Assembly (NCBI GenBank): GCA_900548725.1
Contig: URLV01000005.1
Span: 25-64,024 of the forward strand
Direction: 5' to 3'
DNA from: an uncultured Mycoplasmatota bacterium
GTDB lineage: Bacteria > Bacillota_I > Bacilli_A > RF39 > UBA660
DNA: 64,000 nt
Both the position numbers and the translations under genes were made by a program. Positions within the stretch are counted from its first letter, which is position 1, and each line of letters opens with the position of its first letter. The notes under the pieces are model-generated. The model was not told the DNA's origin. It saw nothing but the letters and a program-made list of their open reading frames with translations, and did not search any database. This document shows positions 15,857-26,869 of this stretch, piece by piece.

Positions 15857-16564
15857 TTAATTTCTCCTTATACCTGTAACAATTATTGATAAAATTACAT
15901 TTATCATGTAGTATACTGATTTCCATGTTTTGATAGATGATGTTCCTTCTTTTCTTTCATTCATACTTACCCCAACTTCTGAAACAGTATAACCTTTTTT
16001 TAACACCGTAACAGTTGATACTGGTTCTGGATATTCTATTGGATAATATTTTGCAAATTCAGTAATTAGTTTTTTGTCAACTGCTCTAAATCCACTAGTT
16101 GTGTCATGTATTTTTTTTTGTGTAAATAACTTTATAAAGAAAGATATTAAAATTATTCCACATTGTCTCATTTTTGTTGATTTAAAATCACTTGAATCAT
16201 CTATAAAACGTGAACCTATTACCATATTTGATTCTTCATTAATAATTGGTTCAATTATTTTACTTACATAATTAATGTCATGTTGTCCATCACCATCAAA
16301 TTGTATTGCTATATCATAATTGTTTTCTAATGCATATTTATATCCTGTTTGTACTGCTCCACCTATTCCTAAATTATGAATTAGGTTTATGTGATTAATA
16401 TTATTTTCATTAAATATTTTTTCCGATTTATCAGTACTACAATCATTTATAAATATATAATCATATTTTATTTTGTTTTGTTTGTTATAATTATTTATTT
16501 CATTATAAACTTTTAATATATTTTTTTCTTCGTTGTATGAAGGAATTATTAGTAGTATTTTCAT
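15857..16564 (-). CDS. GT2 polyprenol-phosphate glycosyltransferase (DPM1/GtrB-like, soluble type)
   Basis: LLIIPSYNEEKNI...NDCSTD...QFDGDGQHD motifs. Start moved to ATG 16564 (SD AAGGAGG) from the ORF-track start 16609. Confidence 0.8.
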   Translation of the reverse strand: MKILLIIPSYNEEKNILKVYNEINNYNKQNKIKYDYIFINDCSTDKSEKIFNENNINHINLIHNLGIGGAVQTGYKYALENNYDIAIQFDGDGQHDINYVSKIIEPIINEESNMVIGSRFIDDSSDFKSTKMRQCGIILISFFIKLFTQKKIHDTTSGFRAVDKKLITEFAKYYPIEYPEPVSTVTVLKKGYTVSEVGVSMNERKEGTSSIKTWKSVYYMINVILSIIVTGIRRN

Positions 16565-16592
16565 TGTTATACCTCCTTGCAATAAGTTTTTA

Positions 16593-18545
16593 TTATTTTT
16601 TATTTGCACATATTATTGTAAATATTATATAAGCTATTGATATTAGAAATATGTAATAAACATATCTATACATTTGCCATGATAATGATACAATTAAAGT
16701 CAATGTATTACCTATCATAGGATATAGTATATATAAACCTTTTTTATTTTGAATTAACATTATATAACTACATAATAAAATTATTGCTAAATAAATGCCG
16801 GTTCTCCATAAAAAACAATCAAAAAATTGAAAGCCCATTATTTTATCTCTTAAAAACTTGAAGCATTTATTTATAATATTATCTGGAACATATGCTTCCT
16901 CATTATTTCTAATATTATATATATCTATATCTAAATTATCTACTTTTTTTATTGGATACCATATTCCTTCTACAAAATTATGATTATAGGAATCATGAGG
17001 CATAGAAACATTCCACATAATATTTGTTGCATCGGTTCTTTCCTTTATTGTTTTATAAGGATAATTAAAAAAACATTCTGAGTAAACTTCGATTAAATTG
17101 AAGAGAGTTACATTTTTTTTATTTTTATTATTATCTTTATATATTTCTACTTCTTCAGCATAATATGAATCATTAGTATATTTATTAAAATATTTTCCTA
17201 AAATTTCAGGCGATAATATTCTACTTACTATTTCATAAGAGCGTGAAGAAACTTTTAAATTATGATTGTATAAATTCCCAACTACTCTTTGCACTGGCAT
17301 ATTAAATTCTGAAATATATTGCTGATTTTTTTCAATTTTGTAAAATTGTGGGAATATTATGTTATTTGCTAAAATATATAAAATAATAGACTCCATCACT
17401 AAAATAAGTATTTTTTTTTCTTTAAATTTTATTGTTAGCATAATTAGTGCCAATATAGTTAGAATTAATACTCCCTTTCCATTATGGCGATAAAATGTGC
17501 AAGTTATCAATATAATTGGAAATAAAAAGTAATTTAATTTGTTATTTATGAAATGATGTTTACTATCAATTATTTTATATAAATAGTATGATACTAACAC
17601 TATTAAAAAACTATATGGTATATCTTTAAATATTGATGTTACCATCATATAATTATTAGGCATTAGTGCAAAAAGTATGTCTAATATGTATATATATTTT
17701 TTATTAATGCCTTTTTTTATAGCTTCATAAAATATTAAAGAAAAAACTACTGATGAAAAAAATATTTGTACTAAAATTACAAAGAAAGTAGATTTATAAA
17801 TGCCATATAAAATTCTCATTATTAAAGCCATTATAATTGGATGTGAATTGTTTAGTGGCCAATATCCTATTGCTTGTAAAATTTGATCTACACCGTCTGA
17901 AGTAATGTTGCCAGGATAATATCCAATACCAACCAATATCCAAATACTTGCCATTATGGCAAACAATGCAATAAAGTCTTTTTTGCTATATTTTTGATTT
18001 TTTTGCATTTTTATGTTAGTGAGTACATTTATAAAATTAATTTCAAAATTTAATAGATAAATATCAGCCAGTATAAACAAAGAGACATTCTTTAAGCTTA
18101 TATAAAAATTATCATTTTGCAAAAAAAGATTATGCCCCACAAATAAGAAACATATTATACTTGATATAATGAAAAATAAAATTTTATTATTATTTAATTT
18201 TTTATAATTGTAGGTTTTGTCACTAATACTTATAAATATTGTTAAGAAAAATATTATTGATTTCGAAATAAAGTCTAAATTCAAAATATTATAATTTAAA
18301 CATAGTATGAAGTAAAGTATTATATTTAATATTATTAAATATTTTTTGTTATTTTTATACAAATCAACAATTTTCTTTATTGAGATATAAATTAATGCTA
18401 TAAATAAAATAGATAAAATTAACTTTTGAATATTGCTATTTAATGAGTCATCTAATTGATTTTTAAATGCTATGAATATTGTGATAGTCATTAATAATGT
18501 AAAAAATAATTCTTTTAAGTTAATTTTTTTCAATTTATTCTTCAT
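16593..18545 (-). CDS. Large polytopic membrane protein, GT-C-like candidate partner of the upstream GT2
   Basis: 650 aa, more than 12 hydrophobic segments, YPGNITSDGVDQ loop motif and a soluble ~170-aa domain. No firm family assignment. Confidence 0.45.
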   Translation of the reverse strand: MKNKLKKINLKELFFTLLMTITIFIAFKNQLDDSLNSNIQKLILSILFIALIYISIKKIVDLYKNNKKYLIILNIILYFILCLNYNILNLDFISKSIIFFLTIFISISDKTYNYKKLNNNKILFFIISSIICFLFVGHNLFLQNDNFYISLKNVSLFILADIYLLNFEINFINVLTNIKMQKNQKYSKKDFIALFAIMASIWILVGIGYYPGNITSDGVDQILQAIGYWPLNNSHPIIMALIMRILYGIYKSTFFVILVQIFFSSVVFSLIFYEAIKKGINKKYIYILDILFALMPNNYMMVTSIFKDIPYSFLIVLVSYYLYKIIDSKHHFINNKLNYFLFPIILITCTFYRHNGKGVLILTILALIMLTIKFKEKKILILVMESIILYILANNIIFPQFYKIEKNQQYISEFNMPVQRVVGNLYNHNLKVSSRSYEIVSRILSPEILGKYFNKYTNDSYYAEEVEIYKDNNKNKKNVTLFNLIEVYSECFFNYPYKTIKERTDATNIMWNVSMPHDSYNHNFVEGIWYPIKKVDNLDIDIYNIRNNEEAYVPDNIINKCFKFLRDKIMGFQFFDCFLWRTGIYLAIILLCSYIMLIQNKKGLYILYPMIGNTLTLIVSLSWQMYRYVYYIFLISIAYIIFTIICANKK

Positions 18546-20227
18546 TTTTTTAATCTCCTTAAAATATTTTTTAATTTGACTCTTATATTATAGGGAACAA
18601 TTTTTCTAAATAAAACTCTTAATTTTAAGTCTTTATTAATATAAAGATTTTTTGATGAAGGTACTGTATGTTGAAAATAATATTCTAAAACATCATATTT
18701 GTAAGATCTTATTCCATATTTTGCATCCCACCATGTTGCTTCATAGTGATGTTCTGCAATATTTCTATCGTTATACATATTTAAAGTTAACACATCTGCA
18801 GAATATATTCTTATATTATTTTCTAATATTTGTTCTTCTCCATCAAAACGAATACTAGTATTTTCTGCTAAAACCTTAGATATTCTCTTTGGAATAGTAT
18901 TAACAGTATTAAATGTGCCATCAGAGTTAATAAAATGTTCTCCGTTATATGTATTAAATATAGTCGTTATCATTTTGTTATTTGGCACAGCTCCAAAAAT
19001 TCCTGCATGTACGTTGTTGGTTTCAAAAGCAAAAAAAGCTTCATTTAATAATAGAGAATGAATATAAGTTGTAAATTCAGTATCTGTATCCACATAAATT
19101 CCACCATATTCTTTAATAATTTTTAATCTAAAATAATCGGTTACAAAAGCCCATTTTTTATTTTCATATGCCTCTTTTACATATTCACATTCATTAATAT
19201 CGCAATTACGCTCATTCCATTCTATTATTTCGCAATCCGGAGCGTATTTTTTCCATGAATTATAACATTTTTCAAATATTTCGCTTTTTTTACCGTTTCC
19301 AAACCAAAAATAATGTATTTTTTTTGGAATTAATTTTTTGTTTGAAATATCTTCTATTTCTTTTTTCATTATTGCTTTTTTTATATATTTATTGTTTTTA
19401 AAATATTTTTTATTTTCTTTATAAAAATTTAAGTAATCCTCGGCAAATTCAGGTTTAAAATATATAAAACTAACAATGCTTTTATATAAAGCATATATAT
19501 AATCATCAAAATATTCTCTTTTTATGTTTTGAATTCCATTTTTCCAAGCTAAAATTACATCTAGTGATTTTTTATTCATATGACTTTGTGTAATAGATTG
19601 ATTTCTTTGTCTATAATAATATAATCCCTTATTTATATAGCCCATTTCTTCAGAGTCTGATAAAATAAAAGGCATGGTATACATATCTTCAAACCAATAA
19701 TTTTCTTCTGGAAATTTATGAGATTCAATTAATGATTTTTTATAAACTCTTGCACATGCAAATGCTGGCTCAAAACAAACTTTTAAAAAATCATGCTTAT
19801 TCATTCTTTTAAAATTTGGATATATTACTCTTGTAATTCCATCTTTCCATCCATCATTAATTCCAATCATATTGAAGGTTATAAGATCATATTTGTTATT
19901 ATTTATCTTATCTAATATACGTTTCACGTAATCCTTTTCAACCCAATCGTCTGAATCTACAAAAGACACATAATCTCCATTGCTTTTGCTAAATCCATAA
20001 TTTCTTGCGCTTCCTAAGCCGCCATTTCTTTTTTTATATAGTTTTGCATTTTTTTTGTTTTTAATAATTTTTTCTATTATCTTGTTTGAATTGTCAGTAC
20101 TACCATCATCGACAACTATTATTTCGTAGTCATTAGAATTTTGTTCTAACAATGAGTTCAAACATTTTTCTACGTATTGTTCTACATTATATACAGGAAC
20201 AATTATTGATAATTTCACTTTTTCCAT
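18542..20227 (-). CDS. Bifunctional GT2 + GT32 (DXD sugar-binding) glycosyltransferase
   Basis: N-terminus has LSIIVPVYNVEQYV...VVDDGSTD...VDSDD. C-terminus has KKIHYFWFGNGKK...YVDTDTE. Start is ATG 20227 (SD AAGGAG), with a TAATG overlap with the upstream gene. Confidence 0.8.
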   Translation of the reverse strand: MEKVKLSIIVPVYNVEQYVEKCLNSLLEQNSNDYEIIVVDDGSTDNSNKIIEKIIKNKKNAKLYKKRNGGLGSARNYGFSKSNGDYVSFVDSDDWVEKDYVKRILDKINNNKYDLITFNMIGINDGWKDGITRVIYPNFKRMNKHDFLKVCFEPAFACARVYKKSLIESHKFPEENYWFEDMYTMPFILSDSEEMGYINKGLYYYRQRNQSITQSHMNKKSLDVILAWKNGIQNIKREYFDDYIYALYKSIVSFIYFKPEFAEDYLNFYKENKKYFKNNKYIKKAIMKKEIEDISNKKLIPKKIHYFWFGNGKKSEIFEKCYNSWKKYAPDCEIIEWNERNCDINECEYVKEAYENKKWAFVTDYFRLKIIKEYGGIYVDTDTEFTTYIHSLLLNEAFFAFETNNVHAGIFGAVPNNKMITTIFNTYNGEHFINSDGTFNTVNTIPKRISKVLAENTSIRFDGEEQILENNIRIYSADVLTLNMYNDRNIAEHHYEATWWDAKYGIRSYKYDVLEYYFQHTVPSSKNLYINKDLKLRVLFRKIVPYNIRVKLKNILRRLKK

Positions 20228-21105
20228 TACTTCCACTCCTTATTTCTATATTCTTTTATTATATTATCATAATTATTTTTAACAAAAACTATTTTTTGGG
20301 CTATTTCATTAATATCATCATCTGACTTTACTACTAAATGCTCTTTTAAATATTCGCTATTGTTAAAATAATTTGTATTTCCAACTAAACATGGTACTCC
20401 ATAATTAAAACTTTTTTTTATTAATTCTGTATTAGTATTGGTAAAATTTATGTATAGATTAACAAAATTATTTGATATTATATTATCTAGTGACTTTTCT
20501 TTTTGATATTTTATATTAAATTTCTTCAAAAAATTGTTTGTTTTTTTCATTTTGATTGACAATTTACAATAATCATAATCAATTAACGTCAATGCAGCTA
20601 ATTGATTATAAATATTATTTCGAGGATCAATATCATTGCTTAATACACCAATAGTATTATTATTAATATTAGTTTTCTCTGTCGATTTAATATCTAAATT
20701 AATTATTTCACATTTGAATCCTAGATTATTAAAAACTTTGTAATTATCTATACTTATGCACCCAATACTTGTTACTAAATCTCTGTCAATATAATCCATC
20801 ATCTGATGAAATGTATTTCTGACACCATTATTTGACATATTAGAAAATGAACTATTAAATATCCAACAAACACTTATTTCTTTTTTTAAGCGAGGTAGTA
20901 GGTACTCATACAACGAATTGTAACCATTTAAAAATATTTTTTTTATTTTATTTTTATTTATAAAATTTAGAATTTCACATTGATTTGTAACCTTATCAAT
21001 TACAATCACGTTTCCTAATGTATATTCAAGACTATCTCTTATAGAAATATCATCTTTCGGTAAAAACACAAGAGTATTTTTTGCTTTTTTTAATTGTTCT
21101 ATCAT
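20227..21105 (-). CDS. Uncharacterised GT-B-like domain protein, paralogue of the C-terminal half of 21114-22907
   Basis: 292 aa. Collinear similarity to aa ~330-610 of the neighbouring protein (for example NLYINFTNTNTELIKKSFNYGVPCLVGNTNYF vs NLYITFSECAPMLPLESFEVDTICLTGNNHHYF). Confidence 0.55.
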   Translation of the reverse strand: MIEQLKKAKNTLVFLPKDDISIRDSLEYTLGNVIVIDKVTNQCEILNFINKNKIKKIFLNGYNSLYEYLLPRLKKEISVCWIFNSSFSNMSNNGVRNTFHQMMDYIDRDLVTSIGCISIDNYKVFNNLGFKCEIINLDIKSTEKTNINNNTIGVLSNDIDPRNNIYNQLAALTLIDYDYCKLSIKMKKTNNFLKKFNIKYQKEKSLDNIISNNFVNLYINFTNTNTELIKKSFNYGVPCLVGNTNYFNNSEYLKEHLVVKSDDDINEIAQKIVFVKNNYDNIIKEYRNKEWK

Positions 21106-21113
21106 ATTTTACC

Positions 21114-22907
21114 TCACTTTTCTATAAATTCTTTTACGCTTTTTACACTTAATTTATCATTTTCCTTTTTCCATATTTTATATAATTTTAATATTTTTTC
21201 TTTATTATTTAAAGATAGTCTTATTTTTTTTGAAATTTCTAGAGGACTTTCTTCGTTATTAACCACTAAATATTTTTCTAATTCGGTATTTTTAAAATAA
21301 TGATGATTATTTCCCGTCAAGCATATTGTATCAACTTCAAATGATTCCAATGGCAACATCGGTGCACATTCTGAAAACGTAATGTATAAATTCAAAGTAT
21401 TTTTTGACATTCTTTCTAACAATTCATTTCTGGATATTGTTCCACATTTTCCTATAACCTTTAACCCTAAACTTTTTGCAAAATATTCTGTTTCATAATC
21501 CAAAGGAATTATGTCTACGGTAGCATTTTTTAGCAAAGATATAGCTGCTATTTGAGTAAATAAATTTTTTCTCCAATCATCTTTTCTTGCCGCATATAAT
21601 CCAATAACTAAATTGTCAGGTTCAACATGGTTTATTATTTTAGGAAGTGTAACATTGTTTCTTATAAAACTTACATCTATTCCTAGATTTTCATAAAATT
21701 TTATCAACGATTCTTTACAAGTACCAAATGTCGTTAAAATGCCATCATTTGCCATGTCTATAAGTTCTTGATTCCTTTCCCAACCATATTCGTCGTATAC
21801 TTGTGAAATACTTCCATGCCAGAAACATTTTATTTTTATATATGGATTTTTCTTTTTTAAATAGTATGCTAAATCTTTCCATCCTAAACACATCGCACTA
21901 AAGATAACTTGTGTAATATTCTGTTCTAATATTATATTTCCAAATTTTTTTATGTCTTTTTTTCTAAAAAATTCTCCACATGGAACACGGTTGTCAAACA
22001 GTTCTATTGTTGCGCTCGTTATACCTAGCCAATCAGGATTATGCATTACAATATAATCGTTGTTGATTTCTTTTAATGCATTTATTCCCACTTCCATATC
22101 ATGTTTATATTTACCACCATTCATATAAGTATATTTAAAATATTTGGCAGGTTTATATAAAAATTTTCTTATAATTGAATCAAGTATATGCAAGATTTTT
22201 TTATATAATAAATTTATTTTATCTATGTTTTTTTCGCCAAAAATTTTATTTAAATTTCTTTTCATTTTCTGTTTTGAAGAAAACCAACTTGCATCATAAT
22301 AGTGAATCATACAAGTTTTATTAGTAAAATAATTGTTTTTCATATTAAATGAAAGTGGGTAAAAATATTCTCTTGGATAAATTTTTATGTTATGAGGTAA
22401 ATTTTGTACCTCTGTTGATAAGTGATCTAAACCTATTTCATTTAAAAACTTAGTCATTATTCTAGGAATTGAAAATTTAAACATTTCGTTAATATCAAAT
22501 TGTTCTTGTGATTGATAGAATTCCAACATTTTTCCTGAAAAAAATGATTTGGGCTTATTTTCCCCCCATACACCTGCAGCAACCATAAAAGAATCTTCTA
22601 TTCCTAAAAAAGTGTTGTCTTTTAAAAGAAAGTCAACCGGTTTTACAATTAACATATCTGTGTCAAAATAAATTCCACCCATTTCAAAAAGCACTTTCGA
22701 TCTTACATAATCTGAAACAAATGCATATTTTTGATTTTCATAAGCCTGTTTCACAAATGGACATTCATTAATATTAAAATTGCTTTCATCCCATCTAATA
22801 ATTTCGTAATTAGGCAAATACTTTTTCCAACTTTTGATACACTTTTTAGCTAATTTAGGTAAAGGTTTGTTACCAAACCAACAATAATGTATATATTTTG
22901 ATTCCAT
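21114..22907 (-). CDS. GT32 (DXD) glycosyltransferase fused to an uncharacterised GT-B-like domain
   Basis: N-terminus YIHYCWFGNKPLP...YFDTDM is about half identical by eye to the GT32 domain of 18542-20227. Start is ATG 22907 (SD TAGGAG). Confidence 0.75.
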   Translation of the reverse strand: MESKYIHYCWFGNKPLPKLAKKCIKSWKKYLPNYEIIRWDESNFNINECPFVKQAYENQKYAFVSDYVRSKVLFEMGGIYFDTDMLIVKPVDFLLKDNTFLGIEDSFMVAAGVWGENKPKSFFSGKMLEFYQSQEQFDINEMFKFSIPRIMTKFLNEIGLDHLSTEVQNLPHNIKIYPREYFYPLSFNMKNNYFTNKTCMIHYYDASWFSSKQKMKRNLNKIFGEKNIDKINLLYKKILHILDSIIRKFLYKPAKYFKYTYMNGGKYKHDMEVGINALKEINNDYIVMHNPDWLGITSATIELFDNRVPCGEFFRKKDIKKFGNIILEQNITQVIFSAMCLGWKDLAYYLKKKNPYIKIKCFWHGSISQVYDEYGWERNQELIDMANDGILTTFGTCKESLIKFYENLGIDVSFIRNNVTLPKIINHVEPDNLVIGLYAARKDDWRKNLFTQIAAISLLKNATVDIIPLDYETEYFAKSLGLKVIGKCGTISRNELLERMSKNTLNLYITFSECAPMLPLESFEVDTICLTGNNHHYFKNTELEKYLVVNNEESPLEISKKIRLSLNNKEKILKLYKIWKKENDKLSVKSVKEFIEK

Positions 22908-22998
22908 ACCGTTGCTCCTAACTGTATCTATTATATCAAAAAACATATTTTATTTAAATAAAAAGAAAGCTTTTTATTATCTTTCTTTAAATTTATCT

Positions 22999-25302
22999 TT
23001 ATTTTTCTTCGTTTTTTAATATTTTTATTAGTATTACAAAGCAAGAATAAATACTTAATATTAAAAACTTTATAAAATATAATATGTTTTTTAATAAGCC
23101 AAAAGTTATCTTATATGTTTGATATATTAAATTTAATATATTTTTTGCTTCTTTAACACAATTATATTTTGTACATATTCTATAACATTTATTCTTTATT
23201 CTTTGTTTTAATGTTAATTCTATTTTGTTGTCTTTTATGTTATCAAAATCTAAATCAAATTTTGTTTTATAATAATATTTTACATTATTGATATGTTCTT
23301 CTTTTGTACTATCTAGTGCTAACTCAAAAATTAATTTATTATCATTTTTGATTATATTTTTTCTTTGTTCTAAATTATCAAAGATTTTATTAAACTGAGT
23401 AATTATGTGATTTAATGTAAATCCTTCTAATATTTTCTCTCTACAATTTTTTGATAATTTTTCTAAATTATTTAATACATAATTAATTTTATCAACATAA
23501 TCTTTTATCTCTTTTTCTTCGTTTTTTTGGTTAAATTCAACTATTCCACCAACTGTATCATCTATTAATTCTCTTTGTCCTCCAACTGATGTTGAAACAA
23601 CTGGTACTTCCATTGCAAGTGATTCATATGAAGTTAATGCTAATCCTTCTAATGAAGAGCAATTTACTGTAATATCACTTATTGCATATATTTCTTCTGG
23701 TCTATTAGTAGAGCCTAGCATAGTGAAATTTTTGTTAATTGAACTTCTTACCTTTTTATATAGATTTCCATCACCAGCTATAACAAAATGAACATCATTT
23801 CTAGTTTCTAATAATTTTTTTGATATTTTTACAAATAGTTCTGGTCTTTTTTCTTCAGATAATCTTGCAATAAATGTTATTATTTTTTTATTTGAAGGAA
23901 TATTATATTTTTGTTTAAGTTCTTCTTTATTAAATTTTGTTTTGTCAAACCTTTTTTCATCTGTTCCAATATATAATGTTTCTACGTTTTCTTTATTAAA
24001 TCTTTCTTTTAATTCCTTTTTTGTAAAGTTATTACAACAATAAGTTTTATCAATATAATCATCTACATCTTTTGAACACCTTCCAAATCCACCTTGTAAA
24101 TCTTTTGGATCAATAGAATGAATATAATCTACTACCTTAATATTATTATATTTATTTTTTATAAATGGTAACATATAATATCCAATTTTGCTATTGCTTA
24201 CATAAATAGTATCTACTTTTCTTGAGTCAATTATGTAATCTACAAAATTTAAATAATCACTAGTATCTAAAAAAGTTGTTAAGTCATAAAATTCTGATAC
24301 TATATTTGTAAATTCATTTCTTAAATCATTTGTACTAGGTAGTGTTGTTATAACAATTGGATCAAATTTTTCTTTATCTAGTCCTTTTATTAATTCTAAA
24401 TTAAATAAATCTGCTCCTCCTAATACTGTCCAGGGTAATATAAATAAGATTTTCTTTTTATTACATTTGTATTCTGGCAATGTCATATTTTTTAAATCTT
24501 TTATTTCGTATTTTTTATTAATTCTAGGATATTGAATTATTTCTACATCTTTTTTTATAGTACTTGCTGTTCCATTAATTAAAGCCATTGCTTTATCATT
24601 GTTTTGTTTTGCTCTTTGAAATTCTCCAGTACTATTAATTCTATACCAAAATATTGGAGCATTAACTCTTATAGGCTTTTTACCCGCTGCAAGAAGTTTT
24701 AGCCATAAGTTCCAATCTTCGTACATTGCTTTTTCTTTTATTTCAAAGCATCCGACACTTAACAAATCTTCTTTTCTAATCATTGTGCTTATGCATATTA
24801 AATTATCTCTTTTTTCTTTTTCAACTGTTAAATATTGTTCCCAAATAAATTCTCTATCTCCAAAATTCACCATTGTTGTATAAGCAAAAGAGGCATCTTT
24901 GTGTGTTTCTAATGTCCAATATAAAACTTCTAACATTGTATTTTCCATTATGTCATCACAATCTAAGAAGAATATATATTTAGTATCTTTAGAAGCTTTT
25001 TTTATACCAAAATCTCTTGTGTCTGATGGGCCACCATTTTCTTTATGATATACTTTTATTCTACTATCAATCTTTGAAACATTTTCTAATTTTTTTACAG
25101 ATTCTTTATCTGGTGAACCATCATTAACAATTATCCATTCAAAAAATGGATAAGTTTGACTTATCACTGAATTTGCTGTTTCTAATAATGTTTCTCCACC
25201 ATTATAAAATGGAGTTATTATTGAAATTGTTGGTTTTATATTTTTATTTAATAAGTCACCAATTGTTGTTATCTTATTTCCTGGTCTTTTTTTATAATCC
25301 AT
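22999..25302 (-). CDS. Bifunctional GT2 + GT4 glycosyltransferase with C-terminal membrane anchor
   Basis: N-terminus ISIITPFYNGGETL...IVNDGSPD...LDCDD. The central GT-B domain has LEGLALTSYESLAMEVPVVSTSVGGQRELI. A hydrophobic tail follows. Confidence 0.8.
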   Translation of the reverse strand: MDYKKRPGNKITTIGDLLNKNIKPTISIITPFYNGGETLLETANSVISQTYPFFEWIIVNDGSPDKESVKKLENVSKIDSRIKVYHKENGGPSDTRDFGIKKASKDTKYIFFLDCDDIMENTMLEVLYWTLETHKDASFAYTTMVNFGDREFIWEQYLTVEKEKRDNLICISTMIRKEDLLSVGCFEIKEKAMYEDWNLWLKLLAAGKKPIRVNAPIFWYRINSTGEFQRAKQNNDKAMALINGTASTIKKDVEIIQYPRINKKYEIKDLKNMTLPEYKCNKKKILFILPWTVLGGADLFNLELIKGLDKEKFDPIVITTLPSTNDLRNEFTNIVSEFYDLTTFLDTSDYLNFVDYIIDSRKVDTIYVSNSKIGYYMLPFIKNKYNNIKVVDYIHSIDPKDLQGGFGRCSKDVDDYIDKTYCCNNFTKKELKERFNKENVETLYIGTDEKRFDKTKFNKEELKQKYNIPSNKKIITFIARLSEEKRPELFVKISKKLLETRNDVHFVIAGDGNLYKKVRSSINKNFTMLGSTNRPEEIYAISDITVNCSSLEGLALTSYESLAMEVPVVSTSVGGQRELIDDTVGGIVEFNQKNEEKEIKDYVDKINYVLNNLEKLSKNCREKILEGFTLNHIITQFNKIFDNLEQRKNIIKNDNKLIFELALDSTKEEHINNVKYYYKTKFDLDFDNIKDNKIELTLKQRIKNKCYRICTKYNCVKEAKNILNLIYQTYKITFGLLKNILYFIKFLILSIYSCFVILIKILKNEEK

Positions 25303-25313
25303 TTTTAATCATC

Positions 25314-26054
25314 CTAACTTCCCATTTGTTTTTGATAATATTTATCACAAATTTCTTTAGTATCACCAATTTCAACTACTTTACCATGTTCTAACCAAAT
25401 AACTCTATCACATAATTGCTTTATACTTTCTAAAGAGTGTGATACATAAAGTACTGTTGTTCCACCTTTTATCATTTCTAACATTTTATTTTTACTTTTC
25501 TCTTGGAATTTAATATCTCCAACAGATAAAATTTCATCAACAATAAGTATTTCTGGATTAACTATTGTTGCTATTGAAAATGCCAATTTTGCTGTCATAC
25601 CTGAAGAGAAATTTTTTACTGGCACATCTAAGAAATCTCTTAATTCTGAAAATTCAACTATATCATCGAATTTTTCGTCTAAGAATTTTTTTGAATATCC
25701 CATTACTGCTCCATTTAAATAAATATTTTCTCTAGCGGTTAATTCCATATCAAATCCTGCACCTAATTCTATCATTGGTGAAATAACTCCATTAACATCA
25801 ACTGTTCCCTTAGTTGGTTTCATAACTCCACTTACAACTTTTAATAATGTTGATTTACCAGCACCATTAGAACCTATAAGACCTATTACTTCACCTTTAT
25901 CTATATGAAATGATACGTCACTCAAAGCATAAAAATACTCTTTTTTCTTTTTGTGTTTTTTAGGTGTTAATATGTTTATAAATGCTTGTTTAAATGAAAA
26001 GTCTTTTTCTATTCCTAAATCAAATTTCATTGAAACATTTTTTAGTGTTATCAT
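25314..26054 (-). CDS. tagH: Teichoic-acid/polysaccharide export ABC transporter, ATP-binding subunit
   Basis: Walker A GSNGAGKSTLLK, signature SSGM, Walker B ILIVDE. Start is ATG 26054 (SD AAGGAGGA) rather than 26120. Confidence 0.85.
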   Translation of the reverse strand: MITLKNVSMKFDLGIEKDFSFKQAFINILTPKKHKKKKEYFYALSDVSFHIDKGEVIGLIGSNGAGKSTLLKVVSGVMKPTKGTVDVNGVISPMIELGAGFDMELTARENIYLNGAVMGYSKKFLDEKFDDIVEFSELRDFLDVPVKNFSSGMTAKLAFSIATIVNPEILIVDEILSVGDIKFQEKSKNKMLEMIKGGTTVLYVSHSLESIKQLCDRVIWLEHGKVVEIGDTKEICDKYYQKQMGS

Positions 26055-26067
26055 AATTCTATCCTCC

Positions 26068-26868
26068 TTAAGCGTAATAAATAAATTTATCTTGTTTTGC
26101 TTTGAATATAATACTTCCAATTAAAAACATTAAAATTCCACTTATTCCACACCCAATCCAACAAGTTATATCTGGCATTTGGTTATATAATATAATCATT
26201 CTAGTAAAATTAATAAATTGATATAAAGGATTTAATTTAAATAAAACCTGTAATTTAGCATCTATCATTTGAATATTATAAAACAAAGGAGTAAAATATT
26301 GCCACATTGTAAGTATTATACCGTAAATATAAAAAATATCTCTTAAAAATACTGAAATAGTTGATAATAAAAAGCCCATTCCTACTGTGAATAAGAACAT
26401 ACATATATATGCATATGGTAGCAAAAAGTAGTAAAAATTTAGCGTACAATGTGTTGATTCATCCCCTGTGAACATAATTATTAATAATAGTGGAATGAGT
26501 GTTAATAAGAAATTAATTCCTACAAATAGGCATTTTGATAATGGAAATATATACTTTGGAATATATACTTTATTCATTAAATTAAAATTACTTACAACAC
26601 TTGTCATTGCACTGTTGCTTGCTTCACTAAAATAATTAAACACAACGAGTCCTGTCATTAAATAAACTAGATAATTAACACCTTCCATTTTAAATTTAAA
26701 CATTTGATTAAAAATTATTGCTAAAACTATCATTTGTAGTAATGGATATAATAGGCTCCATACTATTCCTAGTACACTTCTTTTATATTTAACTTTAAAA
26801 TCACGAGAAACCATTTCTCCCATCAAAAACGAGTATCTTTTGAAATTTTTTAATATTCTTCCTAACAT
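26068..26868 (-). CDS. tagG: ABC-2 type export permease
   Basis: 266 aa, six hydrophobic helices, N-terminal SRDFKVKYKRSVLGIVWS motif typical of TagG/Wzm permeases. Confidence 0.85.
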   Translation of the reverse strand: MLGRILKNFKRYSFLMGEMVSRDFKVKYKRSVLGIVWSLLYPLLQMIVLAIIFNQMFKFKMEGVNYLVYLMTGLVVFNYFSEASNSAMTSVVSNFNLMNKVYIPKYIFPLSKCLFVGINFLLTLIPLLLIIMFTGDESTHCTLNFYYFLLPYAYICMFLFTVGMGFLLSTISVFLRDIFYIYGIILTMWQYFTPLFYNIQMIDAKLQVLFKLNPLYQFINFTRMIILYNQMPDITCWIGCGISGILMFLIGSIIFKAKQDKFIYYA

Positions 26869-26869
26869 T

